DNA from: a virus
Taxonomy: Duplodnaviria; Caudoviricetes
DNA length: 64,000 bases
Strand: one strand, 5' to 3'
IMG/VR virus record: IMGVR_UViG_3300021254_001514
Location: 1 to 64,000 of that record
Position 1 is the first letter of the stretch. Each line of letters starts with the position of its first letter. The notes beneath the pieces were generated by a model. That model ran no database searches, was not told where the DNA came from, and was given only the letters and a program-made list of their open reading frames with translations. The position numbers were made by a program, and so were the translations under genes. Shown one piece after another: positions 63,782 through 64,000 of the stretch.

Positions 63782-64000
63782 CCAAGGCGCCCGGGCGCGG
63801 TTAGAGACATCTAACTAAAATTAAAGAAAAATTTGAAATTTATGCTTGACTTTTCTGAAAATATCGTGTATAATCTTATTAAAGAGTTAAGGAAAGCGCG
63901 CAACTCCCAAAAAAAATTGAAAAATTTTTTAAAAAGTCCTTGACAAACCAAATAAAGTATGCTATAATAAGTATATAAAAAAGAAAGAGAGGTAACTACT

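Larger units (their letters stand above)
54620..63968 (+). promoter_or_regulatory. Array of 26 forward sigma-A-like promoters
   Basis: -35 boxes at 54620, 55395, 55708, 56165, 56545, 56918, 57076, 57346, 57763, 58221, 58516, 59008, 59626, 60040, 60752, 61277, 61581, 61719, 62138, 62235, 62315, 62402, 62923, 63069, 63846, 63940. Each has a TANNNT 17 bp downstream (16 bp at 60752). Confidence 0.85.

Noticed and set aside
55656-63815. Repeats at cassette junctions read as a CRISPR array
   Set aside because: Spacing is irregular (300-1500 bp), the intervening DNA is genes and promoters, the repeats are degenerate, and no cas genes are present.
54400-63815. Bona fide integron (GTTRRRY cores, attC-like hairpins)
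   Set aside because: Core and inverse core are mostly in the opposite order to attC and only 2 bp apart, there are no L boxes, there is no integrase in the window, and the cassettes carry their own promoters. Kept only as an alternative hypothesis.
1-64000. Stop-codon reassignment or a diversity-generating retroelement
   Set aside because: Long genes are intact in the standard code and TAA, TAG and TGA all end genes. No reverse transcriptase or TR/VR pair was seen.

Overview
The window is part of a large, AT-rich tailed-phage genome, a siphovirus with SPbeta-like gene order. Sigma-A-type promoters, strong Shine-Dalgarno sites and an anaerobic ribonucleotide reductase point to an anaerobic Firmicute host (inference). 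There are three blocks. (1) 1-23564 (+): replication and nucleotide metabolism, with type IIA topoisomerase subunits, an orphan DNA methyltransferase, SSB-like and Sak4-like proteins, helicase, primase, RecJ, DnaE, a class III RNR cluster, a ThyX-like protein, dUTPase, a GT2 glycosyltransferase and a RuvC-like protein. (2) 23602-54148 (-): packaging, head and long-tail genes, meeting block 1 at a bidirectional terminator. (3) 54150-64000: a repeat-rich junction, then an array of small genes and non-coding units. Most units have their own near-consensus TTGACA-17-TATAAT promoter (26 forward promoters read by eye) and are joined by reusable modules. The modules include a GCCCGGGCGC core, a GTTAGAC-N2-GTCTAAC palindrome and an ACAAA-N13/14-TTTGT inverted repeat. 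Five back-to-back antisense promoters would make short RNAs, four of them starting with a conserved hairpin. The most unusual signals are this modular cassette and antisense-sRNA array, a pseudoknotted ncRNA candidate at about 58.3 kb, promoter direct repeats bracketing single genes, and strong over-use of GCGC/CGCG. No integrase, reverse transcriptase, lysin, tRNA or CRISPR array was recognised. All product calls come from motifs read by eye; no database search was run.
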